Positions 51,341 to 60,846 of a DNA stretch of 64,000 nucleotides are shown here, piece after piece. Positions within the stretch are counted from its first letter, which is position 1; each line of letters begins with the position of its first letter. The stretch lies in the NCBI GenBank assembly GCA_030603395.1, contig JAUVXX010000002.1:79807-143806 (forward strand), given 5' to 3'. The position numbers and the translations under genes are program-made. The DNA is from a bacterium (lineage in GTDB: Bacteria; Patescibacteriota; Minisyncoccia; Minisyncoccales; CG1-02-41-26). The notes beneath the pieces are model-generated. The model worked only from the letters and a program-made list of their open reading frames with translations. It made no database searches and was not told where the DNA came from.

Positions 51341-53086
51341 TTAAATTGATTTAATTTTAATTTTTGGGGGTTTCTTTTGCTGAACAGAAACATTCATCTT
51401 AACCAAATCTTTATTTTCATCCAATAATTGACAAATGTCATAGACATTAAAATATTCTTTCTTTTTTGACAGAATGCGAAATATCTTTGTTACTAATTTA
51501 AAATCTTCTTTGGTATCAACGGTAACCCGATATTGGGGTCGAAAAATATCTGGGTCCTCAACTTTAATAACATCACACTTAAATATACCGGGTTTCCTAA
51601 AATATGGTCCCCAGATTTCAGTATCTGAAGAATCTTTTAAATCACATACTTTCTCGAGAGCATTTTTAGAAACAGCATATGCCCCGCAACCAAGAGGTAA
51701 TCCTTTGATTTCACAAAAATCAAACTTCTCTCTAAGATATCTCTCAATCATTTTTTCTATAAAAATAGGTTCTACAAATGGATCGTCCGCAGTTATACTT
51801 ATAATCAAATCTACGTCAAATTTTCGAGCACAATCCCTCATCCGAAGCAAAACATCTTCTTCGCTACCTCGAAAATACTTTATGTCTTTTTTCTTGGTAA
51901 TTTTAATTAATGGGTTGTCCTGAGGATTAGTTGAAGTCATCATTACTACGGGAGTAATATGGCAATGCTTTAATCTGTCAATCATCCACCCAACTATTGG
52001 TTTGCCTAAAATCGGCTTTATGATTTTAAGGGGAAGCCGTTTTGATTTTAATCTGGCAGTTATAAATATGCCAACCTTGGGAAGCTCTCTCTTTTTGATT
52101 GGTTCAAATCTTTCATAAGACAGCCTTGACTTTTTATTAAGTAATGATTTTAACCGGCTGCCAGAAATTTCTCCTCTTTTTGCTCTCATTACTGCTAAAT
52201 TATCCTTACCAAAATTCTGGCCAGCCTTAATATCCTTTTTAGCTACAACTTTCATTAAGGACTTGTACTTTCTGTAGCGGAGTTCATCAGGAGAAACCTC
52301 ATTTACTTTCTTATCAAGGATTTTACCAGCCATTCTAATATTTTTTACAAAATCAGCAAATTCATCCGGATTTAAAGCAGCTTCATAATCGTGGCCTTTC
52401 AGGGCTCTGTTGTGAGTAATATGCTTCTCAGTAATAGAAGCTCCTTGCGAGATAGCCAAAACCGGTAAATAAGTAGAGGCAGAAGATATGGGCTCTGAAT
52501 GGTCCTGATAGCCCCAGGGAAGATTTAATTTTTGGGATAATTCCCGGATAAAATTAAGATTAATGCCTTGAGGCCTTGTGGGAAAATTTTGCAACCCATA
52601 CATTAGATGAATCTTGGCTTTTTTATTAACAGAGTAGATAAATTTTAGGATTTTTTCTATTCCTTCTTTTCCCATTCCCCCAACCGACAAATGAATTTCC
52701 TTTTTTGACTTGACTACCTCTCGGATTAGATCCTTGTTTTCTAAATTGGATGAATGAAATTTAAATCCTTTAATAGGTTTGTTTCTGCAAAATTTAGCGC
52801 TCTCTAAGTCATAAACATTAGCCCAAACATCTAAGTGGAGAGTATTAGCTTTCTTTATAAGTTTTGCCCATACTTTTTGATTTAAGTAGAAGCTTTTTAT
52901 ATTTTTATAGTCCTCGTCTTGAGGAATAATATAGGTCGCAAGGTCAATCAATTGAAATAAAATTCCATCGGCTCCGGCTAAAGAAGCAGATTTAATAATA
53001 AATTCAGCAATTTTGGCATCTCCCTCATGAGAAGAAGCCATTTCCGCCAAAATATATGTAAATGTTTTTTTATCTTTTATTTGCAT
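51341..53086 (-). CDS. Divergent NeuB-like/SAF domain fused to a cytidylyltransferase (SpsF/NeuA-like)
   Basis: AEMASSHEG, GYQDHS and EKHIT; then TARLKSKRLPLK, GSEEDVL.R, ITADDP and TVDTKED. Confidence 0.85.
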   Translation of the reverse strand: MQIKDKKTFTYILAEMASSHEGDAKIAEFIIKSASLAGADGILFQLIDLATYIIPQDEDYKNIKSFYLNQKVWAKLIKKANTLHLDVWANVYDLESAKFCRNKPIKGFKFHSSNLENKDLIREVVKSKKEIHLSVGGMGKEGIEKILKFIYSVNKKAKIHLMYGLQNFPTRPQGINLNFIRELSQKLNLPWGYQDHSEPISSASTYLPVLAISQGASITEKHITHNRALKGHDYEAALNPDEFADFVKNIRMAGKILDKKVNEVSPDELRYRKYKSLMKVVAKKDIKAGQNFGKDNLAVMRAKRGEISGSRLKSLLNKKSRLSYERFEPIKKRELPKVGIFITARLKSKRLPLKIIKPILGKPIVGWMIDRLKHCHITPVVMMTSTNPQDNPLIKITKKKDIKYFRGSEEDVLLRMRDCARKFDVDLIISITADDPFVEPIFIEKMIERYLREKFDFCEIKGLPLGCGAYAVSKNALEKVCDLKDSSDTEIWGPYFRKPGIFKCDVIKVEDPDIFRPQYRVTVDTKEDFKLVTKIFRILSKKKEYFNVYDICQLLDENKDLVKMNVSVQQKKPPKIKIKSI

Positions 53087-55229
53087 GAGAGATTACGCAA
53101 TCTTTTATCTCGGCAAAATCGTCGTAATATTTTGATGAAGGGTTATTCAGGGAACTTAAAAACTGAGCTTTTGGCTTTGGAAAAAATATTTTTGTTCTTA
53201 TGTATAATGACCTAAGTTTTCCATATAGGCTATCGGGTAAATTTAAAAAATTAAAAATATCTCGTATTCTATTTTTTAGAAAACATTTAAAATCATTGGG
53301 GTAGTTTTTCTTTAAATAGATAGCCATTGCATCATCAATCACCTTTTTTGATTTCTCTATGTCTAACTGAGATTTTTTACTTAAGTGAATTGCTAAGCAT
53401 TTTTTGAACTTAGCATATTTTTCATGATAACTACCTTCCTTGATAAATTCAGGAATATCTTCATTTCTGATACCTGCTGAATCAGGGATTATTTCCCGGG
53501 CAGTATAAAGCACATCTAAACATTTCATTTTACCGCATATCAATGCAAACATAGAGGGTAAAAGTTCAGCAAACCGTTCATCATCTGTGAATTTCAACAT
53601 TTCTTTAAAAATCATTTTCAAAAATTCAGTTTGGTGAACACCAAAAAGAGTTACCACTGAATAATCTGATAAATGTTTAAATAATCTCAATTTTGGGTCT
53701 TCAAAAGTAATTGATTCAGTTAAACATCCAGATGTTAAATAAAATTGTTTTTTTCCGCTCTTTTTAGTTTTTAAATAGAAAGATATGTGATTGCCGTAAA
53801 CAACCGTAAAATCAGGGTTATTTTCGAGAAAATCAACAGCTCGTTTAATGCCTTTCGGAGTAACAAAATCATCATCGGCACAAAATAAACAATATTTAGT
53901 TTTAGCATAATTTACGGCGTCAGCGGCCTGATGGCGAAACTTATCAAGCTTCTCTGAATAATGATTGAGGTATAAAATGTCTAAATCCAAGAAAGAAGAA
54001 ATAATTTCTTTATTTTTTGTTTTATTTTCATCCGAGCTGGAATCTGAAACAATGAGCTTAAAATCATTTTTATATTCCCTGTAATAATCAATGAGTCGTC
54101 TTAGGCAACCTGGACGGTTGTGGGTTATGATTATGATGGTAGCTTTTATCATTTTATTATTTTTTATTGCATGAGACATTATACAAGTTCGTATCTTATT
54201 AAAATCTTTGTAATATTCGGTCGGCAGGTCATTTGTTGAAGTTGAATTTGAATAATTATTATCTTTTTTGGGTAAAGAAAACAGCCGCCGATATAATAAA
54301 CTTATTTTTTTATATATCCAATCAGGCATATTTAACTTGTGTAAAATATTTGCCACTCCCATTATTAAAAAATGATAAGGGTTTATGTATACAGACATAG
54401 CTTTATCAACTATCCTTTTTGATTTCTCTATTCCTAATTGAGATTTTTTGCTTAGGTGGGTCGCCAAACATTCTCTAAACTTAATGTATTTCTCGTCATA
54501 AGTACCCTCCCTAATAAAATCGTCCATAGTTTTTGCCCTACTAGTTGCACAATCAGGAGTTACTTCCCTGACTCCATAAAGCACGTCTAAAGATTCCATT
54601 TTCCCATGTATTAAGGCAAGCATAGATGGTAAAAGTTCGCCAAATCTTCCATCATTTGTGAATTTTAATGTCTCTTTAAAAATCATTTTAAAAAAATCAG
54701 TTCGGAGAACGCCGAAAATGGTTACCGAATAATTTGATAAATATTCAACTAATCTCGATTTTGCTTCTGGAAAAGTAATTGATTTATGTAAATATATAGG
54801 AGCCCAATAAAATTGCTTCTTTCTACTCCTTTTAGTTTTTAAATAGAAAGAAACATAATCGCCGTGGGCGACTGTAAAGTCAGGGTTATTTTCGAGAAAA
54901 TCAACAGCTTGTTTAATACCTTTCGGAGCAATAAAATCATCATCGGCACAATATATGCAGTATTTGCTTTTGACATAATTTGAAGCATCAAGGAGCTGAT
55001 GATGGGCTTCATTACTTCCATGGGAGGAATCGCTATGGTAATTAACATATAAGATGTCTGAATCTAAGAAAGAAGAAATAGTTTCTTTATTTTTTGTTTT
55101 ATTTTCATCCGAGCTGGAATCTGAAACAATTATCTTAAAATCATTTTTATATTCCCTGTAATAATCAAGGAGTCGTCTTAGATGACCTGGACGGTTATGG
55201 GTTATGACTATAATGGTAGCTTTTATCAT
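53070..55229 (-). CDS. Tandem-duplicated GT2-like (TIGR00180-type) glycosyltransferase
   Basis: Two ~360-aa copies, each with MIKATII.ITHNRPG and CADDDF; the second copy starts at 54152. Confidence 0.8.
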   Translation of the reverse strand: MIKATIIVITHNRPGHLRRLLDYYREYKNDFKIIVSDSSSDENKTKNKETISSFLDSDILYVNYHSDSSHGSNEAHHQLLDASNYVKSKYCIYCADDDFIAPKGIKQAVDFLENNPDFTVAHGDYVSFYLKTKRSRKKQFYWAPIYLHKSITFPEAKSRLVEYLSNYSVTIFGVLRTDFFKMIFKETLKFTNDGRFGELLPSMLALIHGKMESLDVLYGVREVTPDCATSRAKTMDDFIREGTYDEKYIKFRECLATHLSKKSQLGIEKSKRIVDKAMSVYINPYHFLIMGVANILHKLNMPDWIYKKISLLYRRLFSLPKKDNNYSNSTSTNDLPTEYYKDFNKIRTCIMSHAIKNNKMIKATIIIITHNRPGCLRRLIDYYREYKNDFKLIVSDSSSDENKTKNKEIISSFLDLDILYLNHYSEKLDKFRHQAADAVNYAKTKYCLFCADDDFVTPKGIKRAVDFLENNPDFTVVYGNHISFYLKTKKSGKKQFYLTSGCLTESITFEDPKLRLFKHLSDYSVVTLFGVHQTEFLKMIFKEMLKFTDDERFAELLPSMFALICGKMKCLDVLYTAREIIPDSAGIRNEDIPEFIKEGSYHEKYAKFKKCLAIHLSKKSQLDIEKSKKVIDDAMAIYLKKNYPNDFKCFLKNRIRDIFNFLNLPDSLYGKLRSLYIRTKIFFPKPKAQFLSSLNNPSSKYYDDFAEIKDCVISHANKR

Positions 55230-55246
55230 TTATTTATTAAAAAGGA

Positions 55247-56245
55247 TTAAACATAGGGAAGGTGACACCTGGCACATAATGGTACTTTGTGCCACTCTCC
55301 TTTATTATGCAATTCTCTAATTCTTCGCATTTTTTCACCAAGCCAAACATCTTTAATACTAGTATCCTTTGCATTTCCGAAGCCACATTCAGCGTCGTAA
55401 TCTGTACAACATAAACCAATTTTCCCATCCCAATGCACGAACAACCGTTGATATAATTGAGGACAAACAAAATTTGACCGTTGATGACGTTTCACAGTAT
55501 ATCTTTTTTCTTTATCCATTCCCTGAGGATTTATATAATCAACAAATCCTATTAAATCAACAATGGACTTCCATAGTTTTATGTAGTCCAAAACCTCTTC
55601 TTTGTTTTCTTTCATCACTACCATACTAACTCTAACTATTGGGCTCGAGCTCCTTGATTCATTTCTTAACTGGACAAAATTCTTTACATTTTCAATAACC
55701 CTTTCAAAGCTCGCTCCTACCCTTATCTTTTCATATCTCTCTTTAAGGGAAGAGTCAAATGATATAAAGAGTTTATCTAATCCCGCATCAATTAATCCTT
55801 TAGACATACTCTTTGTCAATAGGACTCCGTTTGTATTAAACATAACATCTACTATTCCTTTATTTTTGGCATAAGCCACCATTTTTATCAGGTCTTTACA
55901 GATTAAAGGTTCTCCTAAATAACTCAATTTTATGGAGCACAATCCATTATCAGTTCCTTCGTCAACAACCTTTTTAAATAACTCAAAGTCCATATCTCCC
56001 TCCTCTATTTTTTCTCCCCTTTCTAATTTTATGGTCCGGGGACACATTGGGCAGCGTAAATTACATCTTCTGGTTGATTCTATGTCTAAGTGTAAAGGGA
56101 ACTCACCCACAATTTGTTTTTGAGGGTTCTCATGCCACTTTCTTCTGTATTCCCAATATTCTTCCAGTCGGGCAGCCTCCCATTTTTTATTATGGTCAGA
56201 AACCTTTACTTCTGTATAGGTAGGATTTACTTTTATATATTTCAT
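55247..56245 (-). CDS. Radical SAM protein with SPASM/twitch domain
   Basis: CNLRCPMC, GEP and NTNG; C-terminal CPQL...DG...CC.D...CARC. Confidence 0.9.
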   Translation of the reverse strand: MKYIKVNPTYTEVKVSDHNKKWEAARLEEYWEYRRKWHENPQKQIVGEFPLHLDIESTRRCNLRCPMCPRTIKLERGEKIEEGDMDFELFKKVVDEGTDNGLCSIKLSYLGEPLICKDLIKMVAYAKNKGIVDVMFNTNGVLLTKSMSKGLIDAGLDKLFISFDSSLKERYEKIRVGASFERVIENVKNFVQLRNESRSSSPIVRVSMVVMKENKEEVLDYIKLWKSIVDLIGFVDYINPQGMDKEKRYTVKRHQRSNFVCPQLYQRLFVHWDGKIGLCCTDYDAECGFGNAKDTSIKDVWLGEKMRRIRELHNKGEWHKVPLCARCHLPYV

Positions 56246-57192
56246 AATGATTTCAATAAAGCAATAGTTTCATCGTAAGAAAGTTTTTTCAAAGGCGTGT
56301 AATGACTTTGCTCTGAGCAATTAATTATATCAACTGGCTTCAGATTGTATATTTTATAAATTTTTTCTAACATTAAAGGCATGGCGACATTAAAAAGCTT
56401 AGTGCCAATCATAAGCTTCTCTGCAGTCCGTTCTACAATAGAATCTGGATTACTTGGACCAGTTTCTCTAAAATAAAGTTCTTCGGTGTTTACTCTTCCG
56501 CCATCGCCGCCGAAAATAACCACTAAAGAAGCCCCTCCTATTACTGCCAAAGAGAGCAATATTGAAAAAGAATCTTGTCTTGGAAAATCTAAGGGGTATT
56601 CCATGCTCGGAATCCGCAGAGACAATCCAGCCTCCATCGTTATATAAGTAAAAGTAGAAGTAAAAAATAAGAGTTTTTTATCATATTTTTTAATAAATTT
56701 GTCTAAGTTAAATCCCTCTGGTATCTTTTTTTCCTGAAAAGATTGTTTTTCAGAAATAAATATATTGTCCCCCGGCCTTTCCAGAAAATCAATTATATTA
56801 TCCATATCTCCACCGGGATCACCACTCTTCATAACTACTGAAAGACGACGGCTAATTTTTTTTAAAATGTATTTCTCAACTGGCCAGCAAATATTTAGGC
56901 CGAAATAGCAGATATCGCAATTCTTAAGTTCAGTAATCCTTTGCTCAAGTTGTCTGATGGAGGCTCCGTGCAATAAAATTACCACTGGTCTTTTGTTTAT
57001 CAACCGGCGCAATCTCTTGATTCTTTCCTCAGTATCGGGTAGATAGTGAGTAAAATTCATCCTATCAGGTTCTTTGACAATTGGAGTTGTTGCATAAAAT
57101 CGACAAACCTCATCAAGCCCCCTTCTAACTCTCGAAATAAGCAATGCTTTCTCTAAGATTTTCTTAAAGATTCTTTTTAAAATTTTATTCAT
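56242..57192 (-). CDS. Hypothetical protein, possibly Maf/DUF115-like
   Basis: VILLHGASI...YFGLN, IFGGDG and IINCS resemble the GxGPS...GxN, LLGxD and I.NxS pattern. Confidence 0.45.
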   Translation of the reverse strand: MNKILKRIFKKILEKALLISRVRRGLDEVCRFYATTPIVKEPDRMNFTHYLPDTEERIKRLRRLINKRPVVILLHGASIRQLEQRITELKNCDICYFGLNICWPVEKYILKKISRRLSVVMKSGDPGGDMDNIIDFLERPGDNIFISEKQSFQEKKIPEGFNLDKFIKKYDKKLLFFTSTFTYITMEAGLSLRIPSMEYPLDFPRQDSFSILLSLAVIGGASLVVIFGGDGGRVNTEELYFRETGPSNPDSIVERTAEKLMIGTKLFNVAMPLMLEKIYKIYNLKPVDIINCSEQSHYTPLKKLSYDETIALLKSL

Positions 57193-57202
57193 TTTGATTT
57201 AA

Positions 57203-58495
57203 TTATTGTATTAGACATATTGCTTGTAATAAATTTTTAGCGATGAAATCTGGTTTCGCGTTAAACAGTTTATCTTTTCCTCCATAGCCAGTTTTTACTA
57301 AAATAGTTTTACAGCCAGCTCGCTTGCCAGCCAATATATCGCTGGTTTTATCACCAATTAAATAAGATTTTTTTAAATCAACGTTAAATTCTTTTTTTGC
57401 TTTCAATAGCAACCCTATCTCTGGTTTTCGGCAATCACATTTAATTTTCAGCTTCGGTATTTCGCCTCGGAATCCCCTCTCGGGATGGTGGGGACAATAA
57501 TAAATAGCATCTATTTTGGCGTCTTTTTTGCCTAACTCTGTTTCTAATTTTTTATGGATGTTTGAGAGAGTTTTTTCTGTCATAAAGCCCTTGGCAAGCA
57601 TTGGTTGGTTGGTAATTAGAATAGTGAGATAGTTAGAGTCATTGATTTTTTTTATGGCTTTTGGAGCAAAATTATATATTTTTAAATCTTCTACTTCAGA
57701 GGGCTGGTCCACTTCTTTGTCAATTACTCCGTCTCGGTCAAGGAAAATAGCTTTTCTTTTATTTTTTAAGTTGAGCCGCTTAATCTTTCCTGAAGCATAA
57801 TCCTGTTTAACTTTTTTCAGACGTTCGGGTGTGCCTATATCTTTTAAGTATTCGGGAGTATTATAAGCGTAGATTTTTTGTTTGGCTTTTAATATTAAAG
57901 GTAAAATATTTTTTTCAATGTCAGATTTTTTTTGGGAAGTAATATATTTAAATATTTTTGAAGAAAAAATAAATACCGAGGCAATGCTTAAATTGCGGAA
58001 AGTTGCTCCTGAACGATGCGGTCTTATTAATAAAGATGTGATTCTACCTGTCTTATCAACCTCAACCAGATCGCTGTCAAAAGGATGGTCGTTAGGATGA
58101 ACAACAATTGAGCCAATTTTTTCCTTTTTTTGCCGATGATAATTGATAAATCTCCCAATATCAAAATTCAGCATTACATCTCCTGATAAAACTAAAAAAT
58201 CTTCCTTTATTTTTTTCTCCAATGTTTTAATGGCACCAGCTGTGCCCAAAGGTTTTTCTTCTTGGTGATAAGAAATGTTAACCTGCCATTTTCTTCCATC
58301 TCCAAAATATTCTCTTATTTGATTGCCCAAGTATCCCAAAGGCAACCAAATATCTCTGATGCCGTATTTTCTCAAGAGCATAATTTGATGTTCAAGAATC
58401 GGTTTATCACCTATTTTTATCAGGGGCTTGGGAATCTTTTTGCCGAGAGAACCCAGTCGTTTTCCCTTACCCCCGGCTAAAATTACTGCTTTCAT
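57203..58495 (-). CDS. Heptose-1-P guanylyltransferase (HddC-like) fused to heptose-1,7-bisphosphate phosphatase (GmhB)
   Basis: LAGGKGKRL..PKPL and DIGTPE; then FLDRDGVI, TNQ, CPHHP, CDCRKP and IGDK.SD. Confidence 0.92.
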   Translation of the reverse strand: MKAVILAGGKGKRLGSLGKKIPKPLIKIGDKPILEHQIMLLRKYGIRDIWLPLGYLGNQIREYFGDGRKWQVNISYHQEEKPLGTAGAIKTLEKKIKEDFLVLSGDVMLNFDIGRFINYHRQKKEKIGSIVVHPNDHPFDSDLVEVDKTGRITSLLIRPHRSGATFRNLSIASVFIFSSKIFKYITSQKKSDIEKNILPLILKAKQKIYAYNTPEYLKDIGTPERLKKVKQDYASGKIKRLNLKNKRKAIFLDRDGVIDKEVDQPSEVEDLKIYNFAPKAIKKINDSNYLTILITNQPMLAKGFMTEKTLSNIHKKLETELGKKDAKIDAIYYCPHHPERGFRGEIPKLKIKCDCRKPEIGLLLKAKKEFNVDLKKSYLIGDKTSDILAGKRAGCKTILVKTGYGGKDKLFNAKPDFIAKNLLQAICLIQ

Positions 58496-58502
58496 AGATT
58501 TT

Positions 58503-59081
58503 TCACTTAGGACCGAATATTTCTTTTTCTACTATTTCACAAATAATGTGACCAATTAAAATATGGGATTCTTGAATCCTTGGAGTGTCAGTTGAAGGTA
58601 CTTTGATTAAATAACGACATAAATCCTTCATTTTCCCGCCACTTTCTCCGGTGAACCCCACGGTAATCAGCTTTAGATTGTTTGCTGTCTCAATTGCTTT
58701 TATTATATTTGCAGAATTTCCAGAAGTTGAAATGGCAACTAAAATATCTCCTGGCCTTCCGTTGGCTTTAATGAGTCTTGAAAACACTTCTTCATAGGAA
58801 AGATCATTAGCTACTGCTGTCATAAAAGACGTATTTATATTCAAGGGTTCGACATACAAGGGTTCTCTGTCCAAATAAAACTTTCCAGAAAGCTCCCCTG
58901 CTATATGCTGGGCGTCAGCCGCACTTCCTCCATTTCCACAAAAAAGCACTTTCTTATCGTTCCTGAGGGCATCTATCATCTTCTCAGCAACCCGCTCAAT
59001 TAGTTGCAGAGTCTCTCTATCACCCAAAATCTTCTTCTTTGCTTCTATGGTATTTTTTATGGCTTGGATAATTATTGACAT
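58503..59081 (-). CDS. gmhA: Sedoheptulose-7-phosphate isomerase
   Basis: CGNGGSAADAQH, ISTSGNS and TPRIQESH...GHIIC. Confidence 0.96.
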   Translation of the reverse strand: MSIIIQAIKNTIEAKKKILGDRETLQLIERVAEKMIDALRNDKKVLFCGNGGSAADAQHIAGELSGKFYLDREPLYVEPLNINTSFMTAVANDLSYEEVFSRLIKANGRPGDILVAISTSGNSANIIKAIETANNLKLITVGFTGESGGKMKDLCRYLIKVPSTDTPRIQESHILIGHIICEIVEKEIFGPK

Positions 59082-60019
59082 TTTTTTATTGTTTTAATAA
59101 TGCTCTCTTCATCCAAATTATTTAATTCCAGCAAATGATTTCTATCTCCTAAATCAAAAACGTGTTTATCGTTAAAACCTAAATTTTTTACTTTGACATT
59201 TGACTGGCGGTCGCGAACTATTTTTGATAGCAAGCTATCCAATCCCCCGTTATTTATAAGTGCTTCTTCAATGGTAATAATGTATTCATATTTTTTGAGA
59301 ATCTCAAATAATAATTTCTCTGCCATGGGCTTTAACATAAACACATCAACAACTCCAACGTTCCCAAGTTTTTTTGCTGCTGCTAAAGCCCGGTGGGTCA
59401 TAAAGCCGGTGGAAACCAAACAAACTTTTTCGCCTTTCAATAATTCATAAAATCCGTTCTCTATGTTTAAATCATTAACGCCATCATAAAGAGCAGGTAA
59501 AGGTTTGCCGTCAAACCGACAGTATTTTGGTATTTTGGTGTTAATTGAATAATCAACGAACTTTTCTGCCAATCTCCAGTCACTCGGCGAAAATACCATA
59601 AAATTAGGTAAAAGCCTCATAATGCTGATATCTTCTAAACAATGGTGGGTGGGGCCGGACATATCGTAACTTAATCCTGCTCCAACCCCTATAAGATTTA
59701 CATTTACCGGTTTTATTTGTGATGATATAGATAAATTTGACCTTATCTGTTCATAGGCTCTCATAGTCAAAAAAGACGTTATGGCATAAGCGTAAACAAC
59801 ATAGCCCTCCAAAGCCAAGCCGGTAGCTATGTTTATCAAATTTTGTTCGGCAATCCCGACGTTTATAAATCTATCTCCAAATTCTTTCTTTAGTTTATCC
59901 AAACTGGGCGCGCCAAAATCGTCAGCTAAGAAAAAGAGGCGATTATTTTTTTTCATTCTTTCACAAACTCTCTCTATAAAGGCATCTCTCATTGTTTTTA
60001 TTGGCTGGGAACTGGTCAT
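59072..60019 (-). CDS. Split transketolase, C-subunit
   Basis: NVGIAEQ, RAYEQIR, GPTHH, VSTG, KP and ITIEE. Confidence 0.9.
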   Translation of the reverse strand: MTSSQPIKTMRDAFIERVCERMKKNNRLFFLADDFGAPSLDKLKKEFGDRFINVGIAEQNLINIATGLALEGYVVYAYAITSFLTMRAYEQIRSNLSISSQIKPVNVNLIGVGAGLSYDMSGPTHHCLEDISIMRLLPNFMVFSPSDWRLAEKFVDYSINTKIPKYCRFDGKPLPALYDGVNDLNIENGFYELLKGEKVCLVSTGFMTHRALAAAKKLGNVGVVDVFMLKPMAEKLLFEILKKYEYIITIEEALINNGGLDSLLSKIVRDRQSNVKVKNLGFNDKHVFDLGDRNHLLELNNLDEESIIKTIKKCQ

Positions 60020-60840
60020 TTTAATTCTTTAATCGCTTTATTGATTTCATTTTCTTTTAATGACTTTATGTGACACAAAGCATCGCCCTCCAACTGGGAA
60101 ACTCCCTTTCCCTTAATGGTATCAGCTATTAAGACCCTGGGGCGATTATCATGGCTTCCTGTTAAAATCTTCAATGCATTGCGCAACTTTTCTATGTGGT
60201 GACCGTCAACCAGGGCAGTTTTCCATTTAAAAGCTCGGAACTTTTCTTCCAAGGGCTCTAAATCAATGATATTTTTACAGTAGTCAAGCATAGAAATTTT
60301 ATTATTATCAACAATTAATATCAAATTATCTAATTTGTGGTGGGAGGCAAACATAACAGCTTCCCAGACCGCTCCTTCATATAATTCCCCGTCACCTGAC
60401 AAAACAAATACTTTTGAATTCAAATTTTTCTTCTTCAAGGCCAGGGCTATGCCGCAAGCCACTCCCAGGCCATGCCCTAAAGCGCCGTTTATAGTTTCAA
60501 AACCCGGGATTCTGGTATCCGGGATATCACCCAAAAAAGAACCTTTTTGCGACATCTTTGTTAGCTCCTTTTTATCAAAAAAACCAAGGTCGGCTAATAT
60601 TGAGTATAAAGAAATTGCCCCGTGTCCTTTGCTGATTATAAACCTGTCTCTTTCCTGCCAATTAGGGTTCTTGGGATTAATGTTTAAAATTTTGCCGTAG
60701 TATAAAGCAACGAATATTTCAACGTCAGATAAAGATGAGGCCAACCGAAACCCTGGAGACATTTTATAAAGGTTTAATGTTTCTCTTCTAACCCACAACG
60801 CTTTCTCTTTTAAGAAGTTGATTAAGTCCGATTTTTTCAT
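60016..60840 (-). CDS. Split transketolase, N-subunit (atypical His positions)
   Basis: RDRFIISKGHG, GALGHGL, GDGELYEG...DNN and TIKGKG. Confidence 0.9.
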   Translation of the reverse strand: MKKSDLINFLKEKALWVRRETLNLYKMSPGFRLASSLSDVEIFVALYYGKILNINPKNPNWQERDRFIISKGHGAISLYSILADLGFFDKKELTKMSQKGSFLGDIPDTRIPGFETINGALGHGLGVACGIALALKKKNLNSKVFVLSGDGELYEGAVWEAVMFASHHKLDNLILIVDNNKISMLDYCKNIIDLEPLEEKFRAFKWKTALVDGHHIEKLRNALKILTGSHDNRPRVLIADTIKGKGVSQLEGDALCHIKSLKENEINKAIKELK

Positions 60841-60846
60841 ATTTAT

